DNA of 64,000 bases. Source: an uncultured bacterium. GTDB lineage: Bacteria; Hydrothermota; UBA3073; NMUJ01; CBEVQO01. Below are positions 18,876-29,223 of the stretch, piece after piece (the stretch's first letter is position 1; every line of letters starts with the position of its first letter). Both the position numbers and the translations under genes were made by a program. The notes under the pieces are model-generated. The model had not been told where the DNA came from and made no database searches. It saw only the letters and a program-made list of their open reading frames with translations. Location: the NCBI GenBank assembly GCA_965552055.1, contig CBEVQO010000002.1, positions 128,001-192,000 of the forward strand, written 5' to 3'.

Positions 18876-21262
18876 ACTATATTCAAAAGCTTGCCCTTCA
18901 CATAAATTATACGCTTTATCTCTTTACCCTCTGTAAATCTTTTAACATTCCAGTGAGAAAGCGCTTTCTCCTTAATTTCTTCTTCCCCAGCATCAGCAGG
19001 TACCTCAATCTCACCCCTTACCTTGCTATTCACCTGCACCACTATTTTTATCTTTTCTTCTTTTATCTCTTTGTAAGATGGCCATTCTGTTCTGAAAACA
19101 GATTCTTTTTTGCCAATTTTATGCCACAGTTCTTCTGCTAAATGCGGTGCAAAAGGTGCTAAAAGCTTTATATAGTTGAAAAGCGCCCAGCCAAAAGCAG
19201 GGTCACTATCTTTACCCTGTAATTCGTTCAAAAATTCCATAAGAGAAGCAATTCCCGTATTCAAACCAAAATTCTCAATCTGTTGGGTTATTCTCTTTAT
19301 ATATTTATGGGTCAATCTGTAAACAGGACTATCAACATCGGGTTCCCTTTCTGTAACTTTATCAATGTTTTGCTCAAAGAAGTTAAATAACCTTCTTATA
19401 AATCTCCTTGCTCCTGTTACATTCTTATCCATCCAGATTCCATCTTTATCAGGCGGTCCCATAAACAAAATAGCAAGACGGGCTACATCCGCTCCTTCTT
19501 TCTCAACAAAAGGACCAACTTCAACTACATTTCCCTTTGACTTCGACATAACCTGACCCTTCTCATCCTTTACCATACCCTGATTGAACAACTTTATGGC
19601 TGGCTCATCAACATTAACCCAGCCTTTATCATAAAGGAACTTTGTCATAAAACGGAAATAAAGAAGATGACCCGTAGCATGCTCAGCACCACCTATATAA
19701 AGGTCTATCGGCATCCAGATTTTCACTTTCTCAGGTTCAAACGGCTTTTTGTCATTTTTAGGGTCAATGTATCTCAGGAAATACCAGGACGAACACATAA
19801 ATGTATCCATGGTATCTGTATCACGCTTCGCCTCTCCTCCACATTTTGGACATTTCGTATTCACAAACTCAGGAACAGATGCAAGTGGAGATTTGCCCCG
19901 TGGTGCATAATCTTTTACTTCAGGAAGCAAAACAGGTAAATCTTCTTCGGGCACAGGAACGATTCCACATTTTTCACAATAAATTATAGGAATAGGTGCA
20001 CCCCAGTATCTCTGACGGGAAATGAGCCAGTCCCTCAACCTGTATGTTACCTTTTTGCGACCAAATCCCTTTTCATTAAACCACTCTATAAGCTGCGGTA
20101 TCGCTTCTTCAGATGTTTTACCCGTAAACTCACCCGAATTTATCATTATGCCCTTTTCAGTAAAAGCACCATTAGAAAAATCCCATTCGCCTTCCTTTGG
20201 CTTTATAACCTGTTTCACAGGAAGATTATATTGCTGGGCAAACTCAAAATCTCGCTGATCATGAGCAGGCACACCCATAACAGCTCCTGTGCCATAAAGA
20301 GGCAATACATAATCCGCAACATAAAGAGGCACTCTTTCACCATTCACAGGATTAATGACATATTTCCCGGTAAAATAGCCATTCTTCTGAAATTGACGCT
20401 CATATTCAGGACGCCTTAAAACATCTTCAATAAATCTTGAAAGTCCAGAATCTTTTTTAGAAAGCTCAATCGCAACTGGATGCTCAGGTGCAATTGCAAG
20501 AAATGTGACACCAAAAACGGTATCAGGACGGGTGGTGAAAACAGATATTTTACCACCATCAAATTCAAAATCAATTTCTGCACCTTCACTCCTTCCTATC
20601 CAGTATTCCTGCATTCTTTTTATCTCATCTGGCCAGTCTTTTAACTTTTTAAGGTCATTTAATAACCTTTCGGCATAAGCAGTAATCTTTATAAACCATT
20701 GATTTAGAGATTTTTTACCAACCTGAGAGCCACACCTCCAGCATCTACCTTCTATAACCTGCTCATTCGCAAGAACTGTCTGACAGCCAGGACACCAGTT
20801 GACATAAGCCTCTTTCTTATAAGCAAGTCCACTCTTATACAACTGCAAAAATAACCATTGCGTCCACTTATAATAATCGGGATTGCAGGAAATAACTTCC
20901 CTGTCCCAATCATAACTTATACCAACGAGTTTCAAACTTTTCCTTGATTTCTCAATGTTATTCATGGTCCACTCACGGGGATGTATTCCCCTCAAAATAG
21001 CAGCATTCTCGGCAGGCAAACCAAAAGCATCCCAGCCCATGGGATGTAAAACCTGATAACCCCTCATCCACTTATAACGAGCAATGGTATCACCTATCAC
21101 ATAATTCCTCAAATGTCCCATATGCATATCACCGGAAGGATAAGGAAACATACAGAGCAAATAAAATTTCTTCTTCGGATTGTCAGAAACTTTAAAAATA
21201 CCTTCACTCTCCCAGAATTCCTGCCACTTCCTTTCTACCTCTTTAAAATCATACTTCTCCAT
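18866..21262 (-). CDS. leuS: leucine--tRNA ligase
   Basis: MFPYPSG-HMGH, TTRPDT editing domain, DWLISRQRYWG, MSKSKGN. Confidence 0.97.
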   Translation of the reverse strand: MEKYDFKEVERKWQEFWESEGIFKVSDNPKKKFYLLCMFPYPSGDMHMGHLRNYVIGDTIARYKWMRGYQVLHPMGWDAFGLPAENAAILRGIHPREWTMNNIEKSRKSLKLVGISYDWDREVISCNPDYYKWTQWLFLQLYKSGLAYKKEAYVNWCPGCQTVLANEQVIEGRCWRCGSQVGKKSLNQWFIKITAYAERLLNDLKKLKDWPDEIKRMQEYWIGRSEGAEIDFEFDGGKISVFTTRPDTVFGVTFLAIAPEHPVAIELSKKDSGLSRFIEDVLRRPEYERQFQKNGYFTGKYVINPVNGERVPLYVADYVLPLYGTGAVMGVPAHDQRDFEFAQQYNLPVKQVIKPKEGEWDFSNGAFTEKGIMINSGEFTGKTSEEAIPQLIEWFNEKGFGRKKVTYRLRDWLISRQRYWGAPIPIIYCEKCGIVPVPEEDLPVLLPEVKDYAPRGKSPLASVPEFVNTKCPKCGGEAKRDTDTMDTFMCSSWYFLRYIDPKNDKKPFEPEKVKIWMPIDLYIGGAEHATGHLLYFRFMTKFLYDKGWVNVDEPAIKLFNQGMVKDEKGQVMSKSKGNVVEVGPFVEKEGADVARLAILFMGPPDKDGIWMDKNVTGARRFIRRLFNFFEQNIDKVTEREPDVDSPVYRLTHKYIKRITQQIENFGLNTGIASLMEFLNELQGKDSDPAFGWALFNYIKLLAPFAPHLAEELWHKIGKKESVFRTEWPSYKEIKEEKIKIVVQVNSKVRGEIEVPADAGEEEIKEKALSHWNVKRFTEGKEIKRIIYVKGKLLNIVCA

Positions 21263-21272
21263 AATCTTTTAA

Positions 21273-21299
21273 ATTATATCTATTTTTCGATTTTGTCAA
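21273..21299 (-). promoter_or_regulatory. sigma70-like promoter of leuS
   Basis: TTGACA-N15-TATAAT-N10-ATG, no SD. Confidence 0.7.
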
Positions 21300-21308
21300 G
21301 TATTTTTT

Positions 21309-21557
21309 GCCCCGCCTCCCAGTCCCCACCTTCCCATGTGCACACCCCGAGCACAGCACAAGCACCATTAACCCTTTCAACGCACTTCTCACACCTTTCC
21401 CGTAATAAGTCAAATTCCCAACCAAACCATTGCCACACTCAAAAACCACCTAAGCACTTTAAAAGCCCTATCCTCCAACAAAATGCGGTTCAGCTTATGT
21501 GCTCGGGGTGTGACAAAAGACCCTTATGTAACAGGCTCGGCTACGCCTCGCATTAAA
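21309..21557 (+). repeat. dispersed structured element, family 1, long variant (copy 2)
   Basis: Same ends (GCCCCGCCTCC..GTCCCCACCTTCCC; TATGTAA..GGCTCGGCTACGCCTCGCATTAAAA) but a different perfect 15-bp IR, 21341-21355 / 21498-21512. Confidence 0.85.
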
Positions 21558-21567
21558 AACTTTACCC

Positions 21568-21594
21568 TTGACATTTTCTGTTTTTTGTTATAAT
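21568..21594 (+). promoter_or_regulatory. sigma70-like promoter, leaderless
   Basis: TTGACA-N15-TATAAT-N6-ATG(21601). Confidence 0.75.
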
Positions 21595-21600
21595 GTTATG

Positions 21601-22251
21601 ATGAAAATAAACCACAAAATTATAATCCTCTTATTTTCTTATATGGTTTCGCTTGCAGTCACCACCCAAAATTCACGGTGTTATCGATTAAAAATGGGGA
21701 TATTTTTTTCGAATTATCGCCTTTTTCAAACGAATTGGACAGGTGTCAATAAAAGTGGTTACAGCTGGAATGGTCCTTCGGGAAGTTATACGAATCGTTT
21801 GAATATCGGACTTTATTTTTTATACCTTTTAAACAAAACAGTAACAATAGGAGTAGATATTTCATATTATCATCTTAAATTGAGTGAAAGTATCGGATGT
21901 ACTGATTACTATCTTCATAAACTTAAAATTTTAAACATTTCTCCAACCATAGAGCATAAGGTTTATAAAACCAGTTTACTCACTTTATATGAAGCTGCAG
22001 GAATATCATTGTGTAATAATATTTTATCACTCGATTATTACGAAAAAACTTTCTACGGTATCACATTCAATATCTTTATAAATTTGGGAATAGATTTCAG
22101 ATGCAGGGATAAAATGATTATAGGTCCAATTATAAAAATAAATTACTACCATAAAAAGATAAAATGGAATAAATCATTTACTTTCATCTCCAACGAGAAA
22201 AACGCCCTGCCATTAAGTGGAATTGAATTAGGATTAAGATGCCTGTTTTAA
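21601..22251 (+). CDS. putative outer-membrane beta-barrel protein
   Basis: Signal peptide, amphipathic strands, terminal ELGLRCLF. Confidence 0.6.
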   Translation: MKINHKIIILLFSYMVSLAVTTQNSRCYRLKMGIFFSNYRLFQTNWTGVNKSGYSWNGPSGSYTNRLNIGLYFLYLLNKTVTIGVDISYYHLKLSESIGCTDYYLHKLKILNISPTIEHKVYKTSLLTLYEAAGISLCNNILSLDYYEKTFYGITFNIFINLGIDFRCRDKMIIGPIIKINYYHKKIKWNKSFTFISNEKNALPLSGIELGLRCLF

Positions 22252-22265
22252 AAATCCAAAAATTG

Positions 22266-22292
22266 TTGACAAACTCACATCAAGATTAAAAT
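22266..22292 (+). promoter_or_regulatory. sigma70-like promoter
   Basis: TTGACA-N15-TAAAAT, then GAGGGAGGGG SD. Confidence 0.7.
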
Positions 22293-22309
22293 TAATGAGG
22301 GAGGGGAGT

Positions 22310-23563
22310 ATGTGGCGTTATATCTTACCAATATTAATAAGTGTAGGATTGGGTGCACAAACAGTAAAGGTTGGATACGGATACTCAACCGAACACGATG
22401 TGAAAACAGCCGTGAAAAAAGCAGTAGCCGATATGACAAAAGCAATAGGAGAAGAACCAGACTGGGTAATGGTAGTATCAACCGTGCTCTACGACTCAGA
22501 TGCACTCATAAAAGAATTATCATCTCAGTTAAAGAAAGCCAAAATATACGGAGAGACAAGTTGCCTTGGAGTAGTTGTGCCCGATGGCTTCATAACAGGA
22601 GAAAAAGGTGCACTCGCAGTATTGGGTGTAAAATCCGATAAAATAACTTTCGGAGTGGGATATGCCGAAATTGGAACAAATCCCAGGGATGCAGGCAAAA
22701 AAGCAGTTAAAGCAGCAATCGCAGATGCCGGTAAGACAATAAAAGAAAAGCCCAAAATAATCCTGATGTGCGCAACACCCGGCGAAGAAGAGGATATCCT
22801 CGCAGGTATCGCAGAAGTTGTCGGTAAAGATGTGCCTGTTTACGGAGGCTCAGCTGCAGACAATGATATATCCGGTAAATGGAAAGTATTTGCACGCAAT
22901 AAAGCACTATCTAAAGGCGTAGTATTAACCGTAGTTTATACCGATTTAAAAATAGGACACGCTTATGCATCGGGATATGTTGGCACCGGCAAGAAAGGTG
23001 TTGTAACAAAAGCAGAAGCAAGAAGGATTTACGAAATAGATGGTAAACCATGTGCAGATGTGTTCAACGAATGGACAGGCGGAAAATATACCGAAGCAAT
23101 CAAGAAATGCGAGGTAATACTTGGACCTGCATCTTTCACACCACTTGCAAGAAGATTCATGGTCGGAAAAGAAGAAAAATGGGTATCAATTCATCCGCAC
23201 AAGTTCTACGAGGATAAATCTCTATCTGTGTTCGCAAAGGTAAACACAGGAGATACTCTCTATCTGATTGAAGGAAGCCCGGAGATACTGCTCGAAAGAC
23301 CAAAGCCCCTCGTCAAAAAAGCACTGTTAAAAGGTGGGATAAAAACAGAAGATGTAGCTTTCGGAATATTCATCTATTGCGCAGGAACTATGCTCGCAAT
23401 AAAAGATAAATTCCCAGAAATACCAGGTGCTATAAAGACATTGCTCGGAGGAAAGCCTTTCATCGGTGCATGTACCTTCGGAGAACAGGGACAGGTGAGC
23501 CCTGCTTACGGAAACTTCCACGGAAATTTGATGTGCTCGATGACTATCTTCGGTGCAAAATAA
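22310..23563 (+). CDS. FIST N+C domain protein with apparent signal peptide
   Basis: [39 protein letters not shown]-terminus [16 protein letters not shown]. Confidence 0.85.
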   Translation: MWRYILPILISVGLGAQTVKVGYGYSTEHDVKTAVKKAVADMTKAIGEEPDWVMVVSTVLYDSDALIKELSSQLKKAKIYGETSCLGVVVPDGFITGEKGALAVLGVKSDKITFGVGYAEIGTNPRDAGKKAVKAAIADAGKTIKEKPKIILMCATPGEEEDILAGIAEVVGKDVPVYGGSAADNDISGKWKVFARNKALSKGVVLTVVYTDLKIGHAYASGYVGTGKKGVVTKAEARRIYEIDGKPCADVFNEWTGGKYTEAIKKCEVILGPASFTPLARRFMVGKEEKWVSIHPHKFYEDKSLSVFAKVNTGDTLYLIEGSPEILLERPKPLVKKALLKGGIKTEDVAFGIFIYCAGTMLAIKDKFPEIPGAIKTLLGGKPFIGACTFGEQGQVSPAYGNFHGNLMCSMTIFGAK

Positions 23564-25325
23564 ATTGAGAAGCTTAAAATTTGAAATCTTATTCACAGTA
23601 GAGCTCGTAATAATAATACTCTGTATTATAACAGGTTTATATTATGTGCGTCTGGAAAACAAAACTGCATTTCAGCGCTTCTGCTCAAACATAAAAGCAA
23701 CAACCGATGAAATCGGCTTCTCGGCAAAAGATGGATTGTTACTCGCAGATAAAAATCTCATCGAATTAAGTATCAAAGAAAAACTTGTCCAAACAAAACT
23801 TGAACCTTACGAAATAATACTTTATTCAAAAGATGGAAAATTTATATGGGGAAGCAGTAAAGGTTTGCTCTCGTATGAGCCACTATTATCGCGAGAAAGT
23901 AAATGCGAACTTATAAAAAGGAATTCAAAAAAATTAATCCAATGCATAAGTGAAATTAAATCGGGCTCAATGACACTGGGATATTGCAAAGCAGTTTATG
24001 AACTCACACAATACTTACATGAAGTACGCAGAAATATAAGAAACATCTTATTGTTATGCATTATGTTTCTCACAATAGGTGCAGGTGCAACCCTTCTGTT
24101 ATCACGGCGATTGATAAAACCAATTGATAAATTAAAAGAAACAGCCCTCAAAGTAGCTTCAGGGGATTACAGCTCGAGAGCAAATGTTTCTTCAAAAAAT
24201 GAAATCGGCTTGCTCGCAAGCACATTTAATGAAATGCTCGATAAACTGCAGGAAAAAACAGAGAGAGAAAAAGAAATAATGGAAGAACTAAAAAAGTTTT
24301 CCGATGAGCTGGAAAAAAGCGTAGCAGAAGTAGTAAAAATATTCAATAAACTGGCAGAAGGTGACTTATCAACCGAAATCAATTTAAATCCCAAATATGA
24401 ACCTTTAAAAGAATTAAGCGTTTCATTAAATCAAATGATAAAAGATTTATCAACATTAATATTAAGAGTAAAACAAATTAGCACCGTTGTGATAAATACA
24501 GCAGAAGAAGTGAATAAATTAACTCACAGAGTTACATCGGGTGTTGAACAACAGGAAAAACAGGCAGAAGAAACATCATCATCGGTTGGAGAAGTATTGC
24601 ACACCATAACATCACTTGCACAAAAAGCACAGATGATTAAAGAAGAAGCAGAATCTTCACTGAATTCCGCGGAAAATGGTAAAAAACTGGTAGAAGAAGC
24701 AGTTAATCGTATCAATGAATTAAACGATGCAATAAATAATGTGGCTGAAAAAATAACGGGTTTAACAGAAAATGCTTCGGCTATCGGTGGTATCATTAAC
24801 ACAATCGAAGATATATCCGAACAAATAAATTTGCTGGCATTAAATGCATCAATAGAAGCAGCTCGTGCAGGCGAATATGGAAGGGGATTTTCCGTTGTGG
24901 CAGATGAGGTGCGTAAATTGGCTGAAAACACAAGAAACGCAGCATCTCAAATCAGTTTCATATTAAAAAATATTCAAACACAAACAGCAGAATCAAGAGA
25001 ATTAACAGAAGAAGCGAGTAAAATTTCGAAAGAAACAGTAAATTATGCATCGCAGGCAAAAGATGCCTTATCAAAAATTGTGGAAGATTCAAGAAATTTA
25101 ACAATGTATGTGGCAGATATGGCAAGAGCAGAAGAAGAGGAAACATCAGCAGTCGAAATGATATCCCAGAAGGTAAATTCAATTTTACAGATATCAAAGG
25201 AAAGCGCTGAAATAGCAGAAAGAGTCAGCAAATCAATGGAAAATTTATTGGCAGAAATTCAGGAAATGGGAAAATTCATAGTAAAATTTAAAATATCAGA
25301 AGAAAAATCCATAAAACCTGTATAA
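23553..25325 (+). CDS. methyl-accepting chemotaxis-like receptor 1 (2 TM, HAMP domains)
   Basis: [34 protein letters not shown]. Confidence 0.93.
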   Translation: MQNKLRSLKFEILFTVELVIIILCIITGLYYVRLENKTAFQRFCSNIKATTDEIGFSAKDGLLLADKNLIELSIKEKLVQTKLEPYEIILYSKDGKFIWGSSKGLLSYEPLLSRESKCELIKRNSKKLIQCISEIKSGSMTLGYCKAVYELTQYLHEVRRNIRNILLLCIMFLTIGAGATLLLSRRLIKPIDKLKETALKVASGDYSSRANVSSKNEIGLLASTFNEMLDKLQEKTEREKEIMEELKKFSDELEKSVAEVVKIFNKLAEGDLSTEINLNPKYEPLKELSVSLNQMIKDLSTLILRVKQISTVVINTAEEVNKLTHRVTSGVEQQEKQAEETSSSVGEVLHTITSLAQKAQMIKEEAESSLNSAENGKKLVEEAVNRINELNDAINNVAEKITGLTENASAIGGIINTIEDISEQINLLALNASIEAARAGEYGRGFSVVADEVRKLAENTRNAASQISFILKNIQTQTAESRELTEEASKISKETVNYASQAKDALSKIVEDSRNLTMYVADMARAEEEETSAVEMISQKVNSILQISKESAEIAERVSKSMENLLAEIQEMGKFIVKFKISEEKSIKPV

Positions 25326-25550
25326 TTAAAGTAGACGCTTAATATTAACGCTATCGTCGGACAAATTATGAATTATCTTAAAAGTTGCTTCTCCCGACCT
25401 TACATAAAAAATTCTATGACGCTTCCTCGTCTCAAAATCTTCTCTCAATTCCTGATAAACAATCTCATCAACATCATAATCTTTCCCCTCAAATTTAAAT
25501 TTAACAGGAAAAGTTTTGCCCCTGTGACTCTCAAACCATTTCACTTCCAT
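25326..25550 (-). CDS. small hypothetical protein
   Basis: 74-aa ORF fills the gap exactly; protein-like composition. Confidence 0.6.
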   Translation of the reverse strand: MEVKWFESHRGKTFPVKFKFEGKDYDVDEIVYQELREDFETRKRHRIFYVRSGEATFKIIHNLSDDSVNIKRLL

Positions 25551-25608
25551 ATCTCATATTCAAAATTTTTCTCTTATCCACAGCACCGTCCTTTCGTCAT
25601 CTTCTTCC

Positions 25609-25863
25609 TCAAAGTAATTTCTTCTTTTCCTTAATTAATTCCTTAACTCGCTCAAATGCTTCTTTTTCGTTATAAACTTTGCCCTTCTTTAAGCCTTCTA
25701 AGGCAATCTCAATTCCAGCCTGTTCGTCAAGATAATACTTAATAGCACGCCTTATTATATCTCCTCTGCTCCTCTCCAGCTCCTCGGCTACTTCGTCAAT
25801 TAATCCCAAATATTCCTCGGGTATCTTAAAAGATACCGTCACCATCTTACCCTCTTTGCGCAT
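25609..25863 (-). CDS. ribbon-helix-helix (CopG-family) protein, antitoxin-like
   Basis: VTVSFKIPEE...IDEVAEELERSRGDIIRRAIKYYL; AAGGAGG RBS. Confidence 0.8.
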   Translation of the reverse strand: MRKEGKMVTVSFKIPEEYLGLIDEVAEELERSRGDIIRRAIKYYLDEQAGIEIALEGLKKGKVYNEKEAFERVKELIKEKKKLL

Positions 25864-27016
25864 AACACCCTCCTTGTAATACTTTACAGGGATTTATTTT
25901 CATACTCCTTATTTTCACAATTTTACCAGAATTCAGATAAACTTTGGGAACCCTGCGGGTAAAACCAGTGGTTATCTCATAGTTAATGGTTTCTGCATGA
26001 GAAGCAACTTCTTCTACAGGTATTTTCTTTCCATTATATTCTCCTATCAAAATAGCAACATCCCCCTCTTTAACCTTAATATTTGTAACATCAACCATGA
26101 ACAAATCCATACAAACTCTACCAACTATTTTCGCATATTCACCATTTATTATAACTCTGCCACGATTGGATAAAAGACGGGGATAACCATCACCATACCC
26201 AGCAGATACAACAGCTATACGCATATCATGGGAAGCAAAAAATGTCCTTCCATAACTAACACTTTCACCCTTCTTTAAATCTTTAACCTGAGAAATTTTA
26301 GCCTTGAAACTTAAAACAGGTTTCACAGAAATTTTTTCTTTTAACCTATCATCAGGATATAAGCCATAAAGCAAAATACCGGGACGAACGGCATTAAAAT
26401 AAGACTCTCCTTTCGTCAAAATAGCAGAACTATTCGCACAATGAATAAAAGGAATGTCCAAATCAACAAAATTTAAAATTTCATTAAAGCGCCGTAATTG
26501 AGTATTTACAAAGCCATCTTCTACCTCGGCATCTGCAAAATGAGTGCAAATACCTTCAATAAATATCCTCTTAAATTTTTTGATTTCTTTCCAGAATTTA
26601 TCAAACTCATAATATGGAACACCAAGGCGATGCATACCGGTATCAACCTTTATATGAACCTTGGCACATTTGCCCTGACTCTCTGCTTCTTTCTCTAATC
26701 TATCAATGAAAGAAAGATTATAAGCAACAGTTGAAAAATCATTCTCTATTATCTCTTTTGCAAAATCCCTTTCTTCTGTCATTAATAAAACCTTCTTTGC
26801 AATATCTTTAATTTCGATGGCTTCTTCAATCGTTGCCACAGCAAAAAATCTGCAACCACATTCCGTAAGCGCTGATACACACTCAGGAGCTCCATGACCA
26901 TAGGCATCAGCTTTTACAACTGCTATTATCTCCCTATCACCCACTCTCTCCTTTATCTTTTGATAATTATAACATAAAAAATCCAAATTTATTTCAAGCC
27001 AGTTGCGAAATCTCAT
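25847..27016 (-). CDS. alr: alanine racemase
   Basis: AVVKADAYGHG, KVDTGMHRLG, VRPGILLYG, GRVCMD. Confidence 0.97.
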   Translation of the reverse strand: MRFRNWLEINLDFLCYNYQKIKERVGDREIIAVVKADAYGHGAPECVSALTECGCRFFAVATIEEAIEIKDIAKKVLLMTEERDFAKEIIENDFSTVAYNLSFIDRLEKEAESQGKCAKVHIKVDTGMHRLGVPYYEFDKFWKEIKKFKRIFIEGICTHFADAEVEDGFVNTQLRRFNEILNFVDLDIPFIHCANSSAILTKGESYFNAVRPGILLYGLYPDDRLKEKISVKPVLSFKAKISQVKDLKKGESVSYGRTFFASHDMRIAVVSAGYGDGYPRLLSNRGRVIINGEYAKIVGRVCMDLFMVDVTNIKVKEGDVAILIGEYNGKKIPVEEVASHAETINYEITTGFTRRVPKVYLNSGKIVKIRSMKINPCKVLQGGCYAQRG

Positions 27017-27021
27017 CTTTT

Positions 27022-27048
27022 ATTATAATCTTGCTACAAAAAAGTCAA
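27022..27048 (-). promoter_or_regulatory. sigma70-like promoter of alr, leaderless
   Basis: TTGACT-N15-TATAAT-N5-ATG. Confidence 0.75.
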
Positions 27049-27094
27049 GATAAACTTCGGAAATTTCTTTTGAAAAATTTGAAAAATTCACCTT

Positions 27095-27150
27095 TAGAAA
27101 TGGGTCACGGAGGGCAAGCCCTCCGAAAAAATCTCTGGGTGGGCGGGATA
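27095..27150 (+). repeat. REP-like hairpin element, family 2, copy 1
   Basis: TAGAAATGGGTCA-CGGAGGGCAAGCCCTCCG-..-TGGGTGGGCGGGATA; similar to 60434-60495. Confidence 0.8.
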
Positions 27151-27164
27151 AACAAAATAAAACC

Positions 27165-27191
27165 TTGACAAAATCATATGGGGAATAAAAA
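27165..27191 (+). promoter_or_regulatory. probable promoter, leaderless
   Basis: TTGACA-N15-TAAAAA-N5-GTG; imperfect -10. Confidence 0.5.
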
Positions 27192-27196
27192 TTAAT

Positions 27197-28693
27197 GTGC
27201 GACTATCTTTGAGAAATAAATTGATACTCTTTACAGGAAGCTTGGTTGCAGTAGTTTTCTTTATAACAAGTATCATTGCGATAAAAAGGGAAACCAGAAT
27301 AATAAAAGATAGATTGATAGAAAGAGGCAAAGCTATGTGTCAAACCATTTCTTTATCGAATCTCGATGCCTTCATTTATAAAGATATCGCTTCGATGATG
27401 AAATTACAGGATGCAGTTTCTGCACTCAAAAATCAACCAGATGTTATTTATGCAATGGTCATAGATACTACTTTTTCGGTGCTCGCACATACATCAGCTT
27501 CAATGATAGGTAAACAAAGTCCTGTCCTTCAGGGCAAATTACTATGTCAGGGAGAAAATTTCCAGGTGCTCGAAAGTAAAATAAAAAATGAAAAAAGTTT
27601 TATAATCACTATGGATATCGTAAACCCGGATTACGGAGATAGATATGGAAAAGTGATAGTTGCTCTTTCTCAAAAAAGATTATTAAAAGAAGTTGCAAAA
27701 CTTCGAAACAAAATTTTTTCTTTAAGTATAATAGCAATCGGTGGGACAATTTTTGTATTAATAGTGCTGGCACAATTCATAACAAGACCATTAACGGAAC
27801 TGCGAAAAGGAATAACAGACCTAGCAAAAGGTAATCTCAATGTAAAAATAAAGGTAAATTCAAAAGACGAACTCGGAGAACTCGCCGAATGGTTTAACAA
27901 AATGGTAACCGATTTAAAACAACATATTGAATTTGAAATAAAAGCAAAAAGAGAAGAAGAAAGAATAAAAAGAGAGTTAGATATGGCAAGGATGATTCAA
28001 AGAAACCTTTTACCCAAAATACTTCCAACATTACCCGGCTTCAAAATAGCACAAAAATATTTGCCAGCATACGAAGTTAGTGGAGATTATTTCGATTTCA
28101 TACCCGTAAATAAAGATTGCCTCGGAATAATAATAGCTGATATAATGGGAAAAGGGGTACCAGCTGGTCTTGTTATGACAGAAGTGCGCTCCGCAATACA
28201 TGTATTCGCAAAAGGTGAAACTTCTCCCTTGAAAGTGCTATCAATGCTTAACTCATACATACTGCCGGGAATAACTCAGCCACTATTTGTAACAATGTTT
28301 TATTGCATACTCAATTCAAAAGAAAATATGATAAAATATGTGTCGGCAGGTCATCCGCCACCCGTTGTAGTATCAAACAAAGGTATAAAATTGCTAGAAA
28401 CAAGAGGAATACCAGTAGGAGTGCTGGGAGATGAATTCCAGGAAATGGTAGAAGAAAAAGAAGAAAAAATAGAGAAAGGAGATTTAATAGTGCTTTATAC
28501 AGATGGAATTACAGAAGCTCGAAATAACTCAAATGAACTCTTTGGCAGAGAAAGATTAATCGAAATACTCAAGAAAAATTATGAAGAAAATCCCGAAAAA
28601 ATAGTTGACATAATCACAAATTCAATAAATAAATGGATGGGCGGAAAGCATCAATCTGATGATATTGCTCTGGTGGTGATAAAAAAGGAATGA
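27197..28693 (+). CDS. membrane HAMP + SpoIIE/RsbU-type PP2C phosphatase
   Basis: Two TMs, HAMP, VSGDYFD, IADIMGKG, SAGHPPP, YTDGITE, DDIAL. Confidence 0.92.
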   Translation: MRLSLRNKLILFTGSLVAVVFFITSIIAIKRETRIIKDRLIERGKAMCQTISLSNLDAFIYKDIASMMKLQDAVSALKNQPDVIYAMVIDTTFSVLAHTSASMIGKQSPVLQGKLLCQGENFQVLESKIKNEKSFIITMDIVNPDYGDRYGKVIVALSQKRLLKEVAKLRNKIFSLSIIAIGGTIFVLIVLAQFITRPLTELRKGITDLAKGNLNVKIKVNSKDELGELAEWFNKMVTDLKQHIEFEIKAKREEERIKRELDMARMIQRNLLPKILPTLPGFKIAQKYLPAYEVSGDYFDFIPVNKDCLGIIIADIMGKGVPAGLVMTEVRSAIHVFAKGETSPLKVLSMLNSYILPGITQPLFVTMFYCILNSKENMIKYVSAGHPPPVVVSNKGIKLLETRGIPVGVLGDEFQEMVEEKEEKIEKGDLIVLYTDGITEARNNSNELFGRERLIEILKKNYEENPEKIVDIITNSINKWMGGKHQSDDIALVVIKKE

Positions 28694-29223
28694 ACGAAAT
28701 AATTTACATATTCTTAATAGCACAGGTAGTAAGAGCACCTGCAAAAGTACAACTATCGGTATTCTCCAGAATATTGCCATTCGAACAAAATCTCGGTAAA
28801 AGAACAGAAAATGATACATTAACAATCTGGCTAATTTACTCAAAAGATGTTAAAGAATCCGTAAAAATGAAAGAAGATTTTTTAAATGCTTTTCATTCGT
28901 TGAAAAATAAGGCAATAGGCGGATATCCATTAAAATGCAGTGAAATCGAGATAAACGATAAAGCCACATTAAACAATATGAAGAAAGGAATAGCTTACAT
29001 CACCGCAATAGGAATAGATAATCTGAATAAAATATTGAAAATAGCAGAGCAAAATAAAATCTTCACCATAACGGGTGAACCGGGATATGTGGAAAAGGGT
29101 GTGGCAATGAGCGTGGTACTGGTTTACAAAAGACCACAGGTATGCCTGAATCTTATGGCTTGTCAAACGGCTGGTGCTAAATTCAATCCTCAAATAATGC
29201 AATTTATAAAAACAATAAAATGA
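28690..29223 (+). CDS. YfiR/DUF4154-family periplasmic protein
   Basis: IFTITGEPGYVEKGVAMSV...LNL...AGAKF; follows a HAMP sensor. Confidence 0.65.
   Translation: MNEIIYIFLIAQVVRAPAKVQLSVFSRILPFEQNLGKRTENDTLTIWLIYSKDVKESVKMKEDFLNAFHSLKNKAIGGYPLKCSEIEINDKATLNNMKKGIAYITAIGIDNLNKILKIAEQNKIFTITGEPGYVEKGVAMSVVLVYKRPQVCLNLMACQTAGAKFNPQIMQFIKTIK

Noticed and set aside
21113..21556. 147-aa and 66-aa ORFs over element copy 2
   Set aside because: They overlap leuS, its promoter and the repeat, and are not preserved in other copies
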